A stretch of DNA of 64,000 bases from Candidatus Woesearchaeota archaeon (GTDB lineage Archaea; Nanobdellota; Nanobdellia; Pacearchaeales; GW2011-AR1): assembly GCA_964621025.1 (NCBI GenBank), contig CAZUKQ010000003.1:1991-65990 (forward strand), given 5' to 3'. The number at the start of each line of letters is the position of its first letter. Within the stretch, counting starts at the first letter, position 1. The translations under genes and the position numbers were made by a program. This document shows positions 7,210 through 16,158 of this stretch, piece by piece. The notes below the pieces were generated by a model. It did no database searches. It saw only the letters and a program-made list of their open reading frames with translations, and was not told where the DNA came from.

Positions 7210-10200
7210 CTTTTTTCACCTCTGAAACTCTTTTCCTTAGGAAGGTTTTTGCCCTTAATAAAACTTTTGGCTTCCATGAATAACAACTCTTCCTCAACTT
7301 TTGCCAATCTAGTGTTGTAAATCTTGAACATATTTTCATAAACTCTCGTCTCCATTTCACCCCTCTTCAAATATTTATCTTGAACTTGTCTCATTAAATC
7401 AATTAATCTTTCCTTCTCCTGACTTAGGGCTATTCTCTTTCCTGAAACTTTCATTAAGTTAGCAATTCTAGTCTGAACCCTTATTTTCTCATTAATTGTC
7501 TTTGCAAGTTTATCCTCATACTGACTCATCGATTCTCTATATTCTTCCATAGACATTTTATTCTTCTCAAATGTCTCGCTTTGTATTACTCTCATTAATT
7601 GTAGTAATAACCTTTCTTCTTGATCTAACATTTTCAACTTCTTTTTATTTAGACTTAATTTTGTAGCAACAGTTCCCCCGAAGCTTAACAATAGAACTAC
7701 TAAAAAGATTCCTGTAGTTTCTTTAGGATTTTCTTTAATTTCGTATAATAGGTTGAATTCTCCTTTTGTTTCCAAAGCATAAGTTAGTTGAGCATCTTTC
7801 AAATTCTTGTAGGCAGACAAATAGTCTCCTCTTTTGTAGATTGTTTCAGCGACGTACAATAGCTTCTTAGTTTCTATTGTACTAATTCCTCTCTTCTGTG
7901 CCCAATCTAAACTAGTGTACAATTCATCAATCAAAGCTTTTGATTCATATGCAGCACTATAAATTAAGTTCAACAATTTATAATTGTCTTCAACAGCTAA
8001 GAAGTTTACTTCTTCATAGTTTGATTGCATCAAACTATAATAGCTCTCAACATCTTTCAAATAGAATCCTGAGGCATTCATCTCTTGAATCATTCTTTCA
8101 GAATTATTCAAGTATCCATCAGCAGTTTGTCTTGTTACCTCTACAATATACAATGTAACAAATTTAGTTTCTGTAAATTGTTTCTTCTCAGTTGAACCAT
8201 CAATTGTTCCCTCTAGGTTGAACTTCAATAAATATTTTCCTTGACTAAAGTAAGAAGGTGCTGTAATCTTTACTGTCAAGTTCTTCGAAGATTTTCCTAA
8301 AATCTCTTCGATAACTGTTGGAGTGATAGTTACGTATTCAGAGTTTGTTCCTGTAACAGTTATTGAAATATCTCTCTTCGCACTATCTAATTTATTTTCA
8401 ATGGGTAACTGGAATTCTTGATCTGCTCCCCTCAATAATTCGAATTGTGCTTCAGACTTTTCGAAACTTCCTGCTCCGCTGCCTCCTCCGCCTCCGCCGC
8501 CTCCACCAGACGAAGAACCTCCAGTTAATGGAGCAGAACAATCAGGATCATAACCTGCGGTGTTACTCAGATAAGAACAACCAAGAGGACAAATTCCGTC
8601 TGAAACAGAATAACAAACAAAACTAATAGTAACTTCATCAGTTAGAATATTTCCTACCGCATGATTAATTGGTAAAAGGTTTTCGGTAGAATTTTCGGAA
8701 CCTCCTGCATAGATATTAAGAATGTACTCTATTCCACCAAGTGTAATTGACTCCATATTTGATTTGGTTAAGTTTAAAGTTAAATTCAAAAATTGTTCTG
8801 AAGTATCATTCAAAATTGGATAAACTGCTGATGAATTTCCTTCTAATAGGGAAGAAATTGCTGAAGGAATTGACCAATTGAAAAAGACTTCATATGCAAG
8901 ATTAGAATCTGAAGGGTCGGAAATGTTTGTAGGTTCAACTAAATTTTTTACGAAGGCACTGAGATTTATAACTTGATTTGTTAAATTTATTCTGTAATAG
9001 TTTGAAGAGGGCAATTCTATACGGCTGTCTAAATAAGCACCCGGAGTTACTACAACTCTTGCCTGAACAACTTCTGTTATGGTTCCATCAACACTATCGC
9101 TAATATTTGCAGTTACATTGAACGCAGGGGTTTCATCTAAAACGGAAGATGTTTGAGGAAATCCAGATTTAACTTCAACAGTTTGATTTTCCCCAGCAGA
9201 TAAAGTTATTGTGTTTGGTAAACTGTTGTCATTTATTTTGAATCCTGAAATACTTGATTCATCGGCGATTCCAGTTCCTTGAAAATAACCTAATCCAAAG
9301 TCCGGGTAGAGAATGTTTGCCTTGTTATAACCAATAGTATACTTTATTACACAACCGTCCGAGTAGTTTTCATCTCCAGTATTTGTGATTATTAAATTTC
9401 CTATAGACTTGTCCTCGTTGAATCCGCCAATAGTTCCCAAGTCGTTTGTTGAAATATTCCAAGAACAATCATAGTAAGAAGAGATTTGATAATCCGAAGA
9501 AAAATTTATTCCTCCTTCGGTGTCATTTGCCCAAACTCTATAAGTTATAGTGCCTTCGTATTCTGGTAATGTCAAAACATAACTAAAATTAGAACCTACA
9601 GTTTCCATGATTAAATTTTCTTGCCAATCAGAGTCTGTTGAATTTTTCCATTGTAATAAAACAGTTTGTAAATTTGAATCTATGTCTGTTACATTAACAG
9701 AAATTGTAACGTTTGTCAATGGGTCGATTGTGTCGTTGTCATAAGTATTTTGTAAAACATTTTGTATGTTTGGTTTTGTGTTTCCAATTATTGTTCTTGT
9801 TTCTGTGAAATTTATATTTCCTGCTCTGTCTTGCACATAAGCCTTCACAGGATATGAAACTCCTTCTGCTAGGTTTGCGAAAGTTATTGTTAGATATTTT
9901 GTAGATTGATTTGAGTAGAGGGCTACTATTTCTGCTTGAGTTAATGCTCTGTTGAAGATCATTACATCGTCGATAGAACCATTGAAATAAGACCAACCAG
10001 TTCCATAACCCATACCTAAATATACATTACTATAGTTAATTTGAGAAGTTGTGTTTGTAATATTTCCAAGAACACCATCTAAATAAATCATATTATGTGT
10101 TCCATTGTTTATACCTACAACATGGTGCCAAATATTATCAGCAACATAATTATAAGTTGCAGGATTGGTATTATAACCATTTATAGAAAATAGTACTTTA

Positions 10201-13200
10201 TTAGGACTAGACCATAATCTATAACCATTTGCTGTTCCTACATCTGTATAACCCGCAAGTAAATCATAAGGACCATTCGTTATTTTTTTTATCCAAACCG
10301 AAACAGAAACATTATTAGTTATATTTAATCCGGCGGGAGAGTCCCTAGAGATATAATCTCCTGCACCATCGAAAGCCATCGCATCACCCATTCTACCATT
10401 CACATCAACACGAGCATCACCTTGCTTTGTACCTGAATTTCCACGTCCACTTGAATCAATTACAGTTGAGCCTGAAATAGAATCAAAAGTCCACCAACCA
10501 ACTAAAGAATTATTCCAATCTAAGAATAGAGAAACATGATCTTGGTCAGAAGCAGTCATATTTATTGTTGCTGAAGATTTAAACTCTCCTTCTTCAGGAG
10601 TTGGACTTAAAAATTCTATCGACGCATTAGTTCTATCAATAATAGTTTCATAGGTTTCAGTCACAACTTGATTATCGCTCCAATCAAAAATCTTCCAGAA
10701 CCATTTCCATATTCCCTCAGCAATAGACTGAACAAACCCAGCATTTGTGCTTGTTGTATTTCTTGCAAATGTTTGAGTTTGTTCTTGTGAGTTGGTTAGT
10801 TTTGCATCACCTTGCTTTGTTCCGTTGTTTCCGTTTCCAGATTTATCTATTGCTATAGTAGAAGAACCTTCGAAATCGTACCAAGCTACTAATCCTGTTG
10901 AGTTTAAATTAGGGTTTGATAAAATCCCTGAGTTATATACCTCAGTTATCTCTGAAGCAGATAAAGAACGATTGTATATTCTAACTTCATCTATTGAGCC
11001 GTTGAATTTATTAGACCCTCCGCCAATCCATGCAGGATATGCACTATTATTTTGAATTGAAAAATCTGGAAAAGTTGCATTTCCTTTTGAAACACCATCA
11101 ACATAAATCTTAAACACTTTTGAAGTATTATCCCAAGTGGTAGTAAGATAATACCAGGTATTTGGAGAAATAGTTTCAGAAGATGTTACTGTTGGCCATG
11201 TAATTCCGTTATATAAATAACCTCTAGGCTTGTTGAATGATTCAATTATCATTGAATAATGTAAACTAGAACTTTTTGTAAAAATTTCGTGCCTAACACC
11301 ATCTACTGCAGCTGCTTTAATCCAAGCAGAAATGCTCACATCTCCAACTAAATTTAGAGAACTACTGGTTGGAATAACAACAGAATCTCCATTTCCGTCT
11401 AATTCTAACCAAGAGTTATTTAGGTTTGTCATATTCAATGTAGCATTTTTTATTCCAGTATCTTGGTCTGAAAAGTTAATTGTGAAATTTAATGTAGCAT
11501 TGTTTGTATAGGTTCCATTTATTGGCAAAGACACATTTGTAACAGGTAAATTAATTTCATCTAATCCTGTAATGGTACTATTAGAAGTTGTAAAAAAGAA
11601 AGGCGAATAGAAACTCGGTGCATCTGAATTCAATTTTATTTGTGGACAAACGTTTGTAGTTGAAGTTAAAATTGGAACTGAGGCACTATTTCCGCTCACA
11701 GTCTGGTAATCTGTATAATTCCAGTTTGCTCTTCCTTTAAGATAAAGTTCTTTTATCTCCATAGCTGAAAGAGAACGATTGAAAATCATTACTTCGTCGA
11801 TTGAACCGTTCCAGAAATCTGTTGCCGCATTAAGAGTATAGGAACCTATTCTTCCAACAACTGAAGAGGCATTTAGAACACCTATAATCCCTGTACCTGA
11901 ACAAGTTAGAGAACCATCAGTGTAGATTCTCCAAGTAGCTAAATCATATGTAACCGAAGCCAAATGCCAATTTCCATCTGCGATTAAAGTATTCGAACAA
12001 ACAACTGCTTGTGCAGCACTAGTCTGATTTTTTGCATAAACTCTTAGACCTGAAGTATTTTGATACATAAAATACGTTTCCGAACCAACGCCCGAAATAA
12101 TTCCAGGAGTAGCACTCAACGTTGCTCCTGTTTTTCTTACCCAGGTAGAATAAGTTAAACCATTTCTAGTTTGATTTGAGATAACTGCTGAACTAGCAAT
12201 GTAATCTCCATTTCCATCAAAAACTCCAGAATTGTTATAAACTCCTTCGCCAGTTGCAACGTTTCCGTATCCAGTTCCATCTTTTCCATTTCCAGAAAAA
12301 TCATTCAACCCTGTATTGTCTAAAGGCCAATAACCAACTAAACCCTCATTTAAACTATCTGAAGTATTAATTGAAGAATAGAAAGTATTTCCGTAAGACT
12401 TTCCATGATTTATTCCGAAATCATCTTGTGCCGATAGAGTGTTAAAAGAATAATAAGAAACTAAACCACTTGTCGATAGATTATATTCTGCTCTGTTCAA
12501 ATTATAAATGTTTGAAATTTCAGTAGAGTTCAAAGATTTATTGAAAATCATAACTTCATCGATGGAACCGTTGAAATATTTTTGAGAAGTATAATACCCT
12601 ATTTGAGGTGCGTTAGTGTTATTAGCTAAAACTCCTTTTGCTGTGAATACTCCAGAAGCAACACCATTTACATACAGCCTAGTGTTATTAGCTGAAACAG
12701 ATGAATCATACGTAAAACCTACATAGCTCCATTGGTTTAAAGGAATCGAATTACTTGAATAAAAATGTCCAAATCCTGAAGCTGAATAATTATACAGATA
12801 CAAAGCAGTATTTGTTCCATTAAAATGAAAATAATACTCGTTTGACTTCATTAGTAATCCTTGTTTATCCCCCGTCATCAGAGGATAAATCCATGTAAAA
12901 ACAGAAAGTTTCTCTGCATTGTTTCCGATATTTGCTGGAAGAGTTATATAATCTCCATTTCCATTAAAGTTAGCAAAAGCAGTTGAGTTCTCAGTCTTAT
13001 AACCTAAATCTTTATTCCACTGACCAACTCTCGCCTGAATATTCGTATTCAAATTATTTTCTTTTGTTAAATTTAATTCCAACAAATCATAACCAGAATT
13101 TATTGTTGATTGCTTTCCTTCAATTGTTCCTGAATCTTTAAATCTCCTTGATTGATTATTATAGATGTCTATGATTTCTTGTTGTGTTAAAGCTTTGTCA

Positions 13201-14636
13201 AAAATCATCACTTCATCTATTGAACCATTGAAATATTTTGAACCTGCATCCCAACCCAAGAATGTTTTAAAGGGGGAAACAGCCCCAATATCTGCAGTTA
13301 CAGAAAGATTTCCTTCAAATGTTCCGTTGATATAAAGTTTGCTCCCATTAACCGAATCTTTAGTAACCGTAACGTAATAGTACCTGTCTGGTTGAATAGA
13401 ACTACTGGATGTCAATAAATCAAATAAACCGGCATTATAATATCTAAATACTAATTTTCCTGCGGAAGATACCTTTAAAGAAGACCTACTGGAAGAAGAC
13501 CCGAAGATTATTAAATCTGTTCCAGATGAAACAGGTTTAACCCAGGCAGTCCAAGTAAAGTTATTAACTAAATTTAAATTTGAGCCAGCATCTACATAAT
13601 CCCCGTTTCCATCTAAAATTAAAGCATCATCGTAAATTCCAGAAATGTTAGAAGAAAAGGCATTGCCGACATAGAGTCCGTCGTTGTTTAAATTAGATAA
13701 ATCATAAGCTTTATTTGGCGCTGATACATTTGAAGCGTTTGCCATATCGCTGTCAAAGTTCCAATAACCAACTAAATTAGGGTAAGGAGAATTTTGGGGA
13801 TAAGAAGCATCGACTTGCGTCGTCGCATTTCCATAAGCAGTTCCATGATTATTATTTCCTGAAGAGTCTAAATAATTACTGGGATGATTATCAAAGTTCC
13901 ATTCTCCGACTAAACCAGATTTTGAGCCGTTGTAGGTGCTTCTGTTTAATGCGTAGATGTTTGCTATTTCCGTTGGACTTAATGCTCTGTTGAAGAGCAT
14001 TACATCATCTATTGAACCATTGAAATATCTATTTTCTGACTCTCTTTCTCTACCAATAAATAGGGGCGCCTGGGAATTTGTGATAGAAACATCTGAAAAT
14101 GTTCCATCTGCTACACCATTTTTATAAATTGCTACATTCGTTCCGTTATGAACAACAGAAACATGAATCCACTCCCCACTATTATAATCTGTTAATGTTG
14201 ACTCTTTCCATGCACCAGAAAAATAACTCAATTTGCCTGCAGTATTTCGACCGATATTCAATGAAAAACCAGTAAAGGGGGTAGCATTTGCTATAATTGC
14301 GACTATAGAATTTGAAGAGGATAATGTTCCTGTTGAAGTTGTTTTTATCCAAGCAGAAATGGTTCTTGCATTTGTAGATTCAAAACTAGTAGTTGAAGAA
14401 ATGTTTCTTATATAATCTCCACTTCCATCAAGCACTAATTCTCTCTCGCTAGTTGCATTTATTTCTAAATGGATATTGTCTGTTTCATTTAGCGTGTTTG
14501 TTAAAATGCTTTGTTGACTAGAGTTAAAACTCTGACTGAAAACTCCTAACATTAAACTGTTTATTGAGGGAACAAAAAAAACTAGAGCAAATACTAAAAT
14601 CAAAAAAGTTCCAAGAAAAAAATTCTGGGCTTTCAT
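7206..14636 (-). CDS. Giant surface protein (2476 aa) with six LamG/concanavalin-A-like lectin domains, a C-terminal TM and a cytoplasmic coiled coil
   Basis: It has an N-terminal signal/TM. Six units each run from DG(S/N/A)GDY(I/V) to the hallmark (Y/K)FNGSID(D/E)V(M/R)(I/L)(F/Y)N(R/K)(A/S)L(S/T)..EI..(I/L)Y. The coding cores sit near 14005, 13220, 12560, 11795, 10990 and 9970. There are dozens of N-x-S/T sequons, a GGSSSGGGGGGGGSGAGS linker, a TM (GIFLVVLLLSFGGTVA) and a ~200-aa heptad-rich tail. Confidence 0.85.
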   Translation of the reverse strand: MKAQNFFLGTFLILVFALVFFVPSINSLMLGVFSQSFNSSQQSILTNTLNETDNIHLEINATSERELVLDGSGDYIRNISSTTSFESTNARTISAWIKTTSTGTLSSSNSIVAIIANATPFTGFSLNIGRNTAGKLSYFSGAWKESTLTDYNSGEWIHVSVVHNGTNVAIYKNGVADGTFSDVSITNSQAPLFIGRERESENRYFNGSIDDVMLFNRALSPTEIANIYALNRSTYNGSKSGLVGEWNFDNHPSNYLDSSGNNNHGTAYGNATTQVDASYPQNSPYPNLVGYWNFDSDMANASNVSAPNKAYDLSNLNNDGLYVGNAFSSNISGIYDDALILDGNGDYVDAGSNLNLVNNFTWTAWVKPVSSGTDLIIFGSSSSRSSLKVSSAGKLVFRYYNAGLFDLLTSSSSIQPDRYYYVTVTKDSVNGSKLYINGTFEGNLSVTADIGAVSPFKTFLGWDAGSKYFNGSIDEVMIFDKALTQQEIIDIYNNQSRRFKDSGTIEGKQSTINSGYDLLELNLTKENNLNTNIQARVGQWNKDLGYKTENSTAFANFNGNGDYITLPANIGNNAEKLSVFTWIYPLMTGDKQGLLMKSNEYYFHFNGTNTALYLYNYSASGFGHFYSSNSIPLNQWSYVGFTYDSSVSANNTRLYVNGVASGVFTAKGVLANNTNAPQIGYYTSQKYFNGSIDEVMIFNKSLNSTEISNIYNLNRAEYNLSTSGLVSYYSFNTLSAQDDFGINHGKSYGNTFYSSINTSDSLNEGLVGYWPLDNTGLNDFSGNGKDGTGYGNVATGEGVYNNSGVFDGNGDYIASSAVISNQTRNGLTYSTWVRKTGATLSATPGIISGVGSETYFMYQNTSGLRVYAKNQTSAAQAVVCSNTLIADGNWHLASVTYDLATWRIYTDGSLTCSGTGIIGVLNASSVVGRIGSYTLNAATDFWNGSIDEVMIFNRSLSAMEIKELYLKGRANWNYTDYQTVSGNSASVPILTSTTNVCPQIKLNSDAPSFYSPFFFTTSNSTITGLDEINLPVTNVSLPINGTYTNNATLNFTINFSDQDTGIKNATLNMTNLNNSWLELDGNGDSVVIPTSSSLNLVGDVSISAWIKAAAVDGVRHEIFTKSSSLHYSMIIESFNKPRGYLYNGITWPTVTSSETISPNTWYYLTTTWDNTSKVFKIYVDGVSKGNATFPDFSIQNNSAYPAWIGGGSNKFNGSIDEVRIYNRSLSASEITEVYNSGILSNPNLNSTGLVAWYDFEGSSTIAIDKSGNGNNGTKQGDAKLTNSQEQTQTFARNTTSTNAGFVQSIAEGIWKWFWKIFDWSDNQVVTETYETIIDRTNASIEFLSPTPEEGEFKSSATINMTASDQDHVSLFLDWNNSLVGWWTFDSISGSTVIDSSGRGNSGTKQGDARVDVNGRMGDAMAFDGAGDYISRDSPAGLNITNNVSVSVWIKKITNGPYDLLAGYTDVGTANGYRLWSSPNKVLFSINGYNTNPATYNYVADNIWHHVVGINNGTHNMIYLDGVLGNITNTTSQINYSNVYLGMGYGTGWSYFNGSIDDVMIFNRALTQAEIVALYSNQSTKYLTITFANLAEGVSYPVKAYVQDRAGNINFTETRTIIGNTKPNIQNVLQNTYDNDTIDPLTNVTISVNVTDIDSNLQTVLLQWKNSTDSDWQENLIMETVGSNFSYVLTLPEYEGTITYRVWANDTEGGINFSSDYQISSYYDCSWNISTNDLGTIGGFNEDKSIGNLIITNTGDENYSDGCVIKYTIGYNKANILYPDFGLGYFQGTGIADESSISGFKINDNSLPNTITLSAGENQTVEVKSGFPQTSSVLDETPAFNVTANISDSVDGTITEVVQARVVVTPGAYLDSRIELPSSNYYRINLTNQVINLSAFVKNLVEPTNISDPSDSNLAYEVFFNWSIPSAISSLLEGNSSAVYPILNDTSEQFLNLTLNLTKSNMESITLGGIEYILNIYAGGSENSTENLLPINHAVGNILTDEVTISFVCYSVSDGICPLGCSYLSNTAGYDPDCSAPLTGGSSSGGGGGGGGGSGAGSFEKSEAQFELLRGADQEFQLPIENKLDSAKRDISITVTGTNSEYVTITPTVIEEILGKSSKNLTVKITAPSYFSQGKYLLKFNLEGTIDGSTEKKQFTETKFVTLYIVEVTRQTADGYLNNSERMIQEMNASGFYLKDVESYYSLMQSNYEEVNFLAVEDNYKLLNLIYSAAYESKALIDELYTSLDWAQKRGISTIETKKLLYVAETIYKRGDYLSAYKNLKDAQLTYALETKGEFNLLYEIKENPKETTGIFLVVLLLSFGGTVATKLSLNKKKLKMLDQEERLLLQLMRVIQSETFEKNKMSMEEYRESMSQYEDKLAKTINEKIRVQTRIANLMKVSGKRIALSQEKERLIDLMRQVQDKYLKRGEMETRVYENMFKIYNTRLAKVEEELLFMEAKSFIKGKNLPKEKSFRGEKR

Positions 14637-14767
14637 TCTTTCATCTCCAATAATTCTTTAATTACTAAATTTTTTACAAGTTCTGCTTTTTTCACACCAA
14701 GTCCATCTGCCTTTTTTTGTAAGATCTGATCTAATTTATCAGACACTGAAATTTTTATTTCGCTCAT
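14633..14767 (-). CDS. Ribbon-helix-helix (CopG/Arc-like) protein, 44 aa (below ORF-track cutoff)
   Basis: Hand translation gives MSEIKISVSDKLDQILQKKADGLGVKKAELVKNLVIKELLEMKE*, which fits a beta-strand followed by two helices. Its TGA overlaps the ATG of the giant LamG gene (ATGA at 14633-14636). Confidence 0.55.
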   Translation of the reverse strand: MSEIKISVSDKLDQILQKKADGLGVKKAELVKNLVIKELLEMKE

Positions 14768-14779
14768 CCTTTTTTATTC

Positions 14780-14795
14780 CTCACTAAATGGTGAG
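14780..14795. promoter_or_regulatory. Inverted repeat CTCAC-N6-GTGAG between the putative TATA and the RHH start; candidate operator
   Basis: Perfect 5-bp arms with a 6-nt spacer lie 13-28 nt upstream of the RHH ATG. They sit downstream of the A/T block 14800-14810 (minus-sense GATTTTATTTC). The repeat is short, so this is weak evidence. Confidence 0.25.
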
Positions 14796-14960
14796 TAGAG
14801 AAATAAAATCACCTCTTATTTCCCATACTAAATTCACCACTTAATCACTAATTAAGAACCCCCTCATATTTAAAGCTTTCTAAATAAGTGTAAAAATCAA
14901 CAAAAATAAAACAAAGAACTCACCAATCGATCCAAATCAATTCTAAAAAATAAGAAATAA

Positions 14961-15776
14961 CTAAGTCAAAATATAATCGCCGGTTAGAGTTTTTCCGTTA
15001 ATAACAAACCCTTTTCCCTTTACAATATTAAATTCAACGATTCTTCTATCAATATCTGTACCTCTCATCTTAACAACTTCAACTGCTCTCTTTCTAGTTC
15101 CACCCTTGTAGAACACATTATACATCGCAATAATTCCGTCGGATAAGAATGAAACTGCTTCACCTGCCTCGACGAAATTTGTACCAACGTGAGATGGAGA
15201 TGAAACTTCTCTAATCAAGAAAGAAGTCATATCGTGACCTTCTAAATATCTAAATAACTGTTCCATATAAATTCTGAATCTAGATTCTTCACCAGAGAAC
15301 GCAGAAGCAATGGAAGATAACGAATCAATTAATACAATATCTGGATGGAAGTCCATTGGAATTAAAACTGGCTGAACATCAATCAACAATTCTTTTTTCG
15401 CCTCACTTAAAAGTGCTTCAACAGAACGCGCAATATCTAAAGCATTAAATCTTTTTACCATCAATAGATTTTTCTTTATGTAAGTATCTGGATCAGCACC
15501 AAAAGATCTCAAGTGTCCAATTAATCTCTGCTCTGGCTCTTCAAAACTCATGTACAAAACTCTCTTACCTCTTTCACAAGCATTTTTTAATACTTGTAAA
15601 CAGAAAATTGTCTTACCACTGCCCGGACCACCTTCAACTAAAACTGCACTTCCTTGAGGAATACCGTCGCCAATTAGACTATCAAATCCATTTACGTAAG
15701 TTTTAATTCTTTCATCTTTATATTCCACAACCTTCTTAGAAGAACTAGACTTAGCACTAACATCACCTTTTTTCAT
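14961..15776 (-). CDS. KaiC/RecA-superfamily ATPase (single KaiC-like domain)
   Basis: It has a Walker A (VEGGPGSGKTIFCLQ), a Walker B-like DIVLIDSLS, and KMRGT near the C-terminus, as in COG0467-type KaiC/FlaH-like proteins. A palindromic TATA (TTTATAAA) lies ~25 nt upstream. Confidence 0.75.
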   Translation of the reverse strand: MKKGDVSAKSSSSKKVVEYKDERIKTYVNGFDSLIGDGIPQGSAVLVEGGPGSGKTIFCLQVLKNACERGKRVLYMSFEEPEQRLIGHLRSFGADPDTYIKKNLLMVKRFNALDIARSVEALLSEAKKELLIDVQPVLIPMDFHPDIVLIDSLSSIASAFSGEESRFRIYMEQLFRYLEGHDMTSFLIREVSSPSHVGTNFVEAGEAVSFLSDGIIAMYNVFYKGGTRKRAVEVVKMRGTDIDRRIVEFNIVKGKGFVINGKTLTGDYILT

Positions 15777-15802
15777 ATAATAGTTAAAATCTTTTTGTTT
15801 AT

Positions 15803-15927
15803 AAATGTTTCTGCAAATTAATCTCGTCCCAAGTATTTGGGATAAACATTTCTACAAGTTAAACTCGCCTTCGCTAGAAGGTTCTCGCAACCACTGGTTG
15901 CTCCTCGGAGAGGAGTAAATGTTTTGT
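15803..15927 (+). ncRNA. Candidate structured small RNA (GC-rich multi-hairpin element); strand uncertain
   Basis: Four perfect hairpins are present: TCCCAA/TTGGGA (15827-15842), CCTTC/GAAGG (15868-15881), GCAACC/GGTTGC (15887-15901) and TCCTC/GAGGA (15902-15914). An 8-nt AAACATTT (15844-15851) can pair with AAATGTTT at either 15803-15810 or 15917-15924. Local GC is far above the surroundings. A TATA (TTTATAAA) lies at ~15798-15805 and a T-run at 15921-15927. Confidence 0.3.
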
Positions 15928-15966
15928 TAAAGAAACGCTTTTAAATGAACTTTATCTCATAATTTT

Positions 15967-16038
15967 GGCTCTGTAGCTCAGCGGTAGAGCGCTGCTCTCA
16001 TAAGGCAGAGGTCGGGAGGTCAGCACTCCCTAGAGCCA
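15967..16038 (+). tRNA. tRNA-Met (anticodon CAT; elongator type, or Ile2 if C34 is modified)
   Basis: The cloverleaf folds by hand as GGCTCTG/TAGAGCC acceptor, GCTC/GAGC D-stem, CTGCT-CTCATAA-GGCAG anticodon arm and GGGAG-GTCAGCA-CTCCC T-arm. It lacks the A1:U72 and 3xGC anticodon-stem initiator marks. The T-loop is non-canonical. A TATA (TTTTAAAT) lies ~25 nt upstream. Confidence 0.75.
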
Positions 16039-16158
16039 TATACTTGTCGAAGACAAGTTAGAATTCTGAGTGATGACAAGTCAGCACCGAACAATTTGCT
16101 CTGCGAACTAAAAGATGATTTTGAGTAGAATAAGTTGTGAGCACCTAGAGCCAAGTAG

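Noticed and set aside
7940-14415. Several 60-90-aa ORFs on both strands inside the giant LamG gene (for example 7940-8158, 8363-8626, 9739-9996, 10792-11055, 14233-14415)
   Set aside because: All are nested in or antisense to a 7.4-kb uninterrupted ORF with strong repeated domain signatures. None has its own promoter or SD context.
14961-15776. Calling the KaiC-like ATPase the archaellum/pilus FlaH (ArlH) component
   Set aside because: Only generic KaiC/RecA motifs are visible. The gene is separated from the FlaJ-like and peptidase genes by HIT, MinD and GlyRS genes, so the link is speculation.
16061-16140. C/D-box sRNA downstream of tRNA-Met (CTGA-GTGATGA at 16066-16076, AGATGAT at ~16112)
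   Set aside because: The box order and spacing do not fit the C-guide-D'-C'-guide-D layout. No terminal D box or closing stem is present.
15967-16153. Non-canonical long intron or split 3' exon for tRNA-Met using the second CTAGAGCCA copy
   Set aside because: The first copy already completes a full 72-nt cloverleaf. The sequence before the second copy (GCACC) has no complementary GGTGC to form a T-stem.
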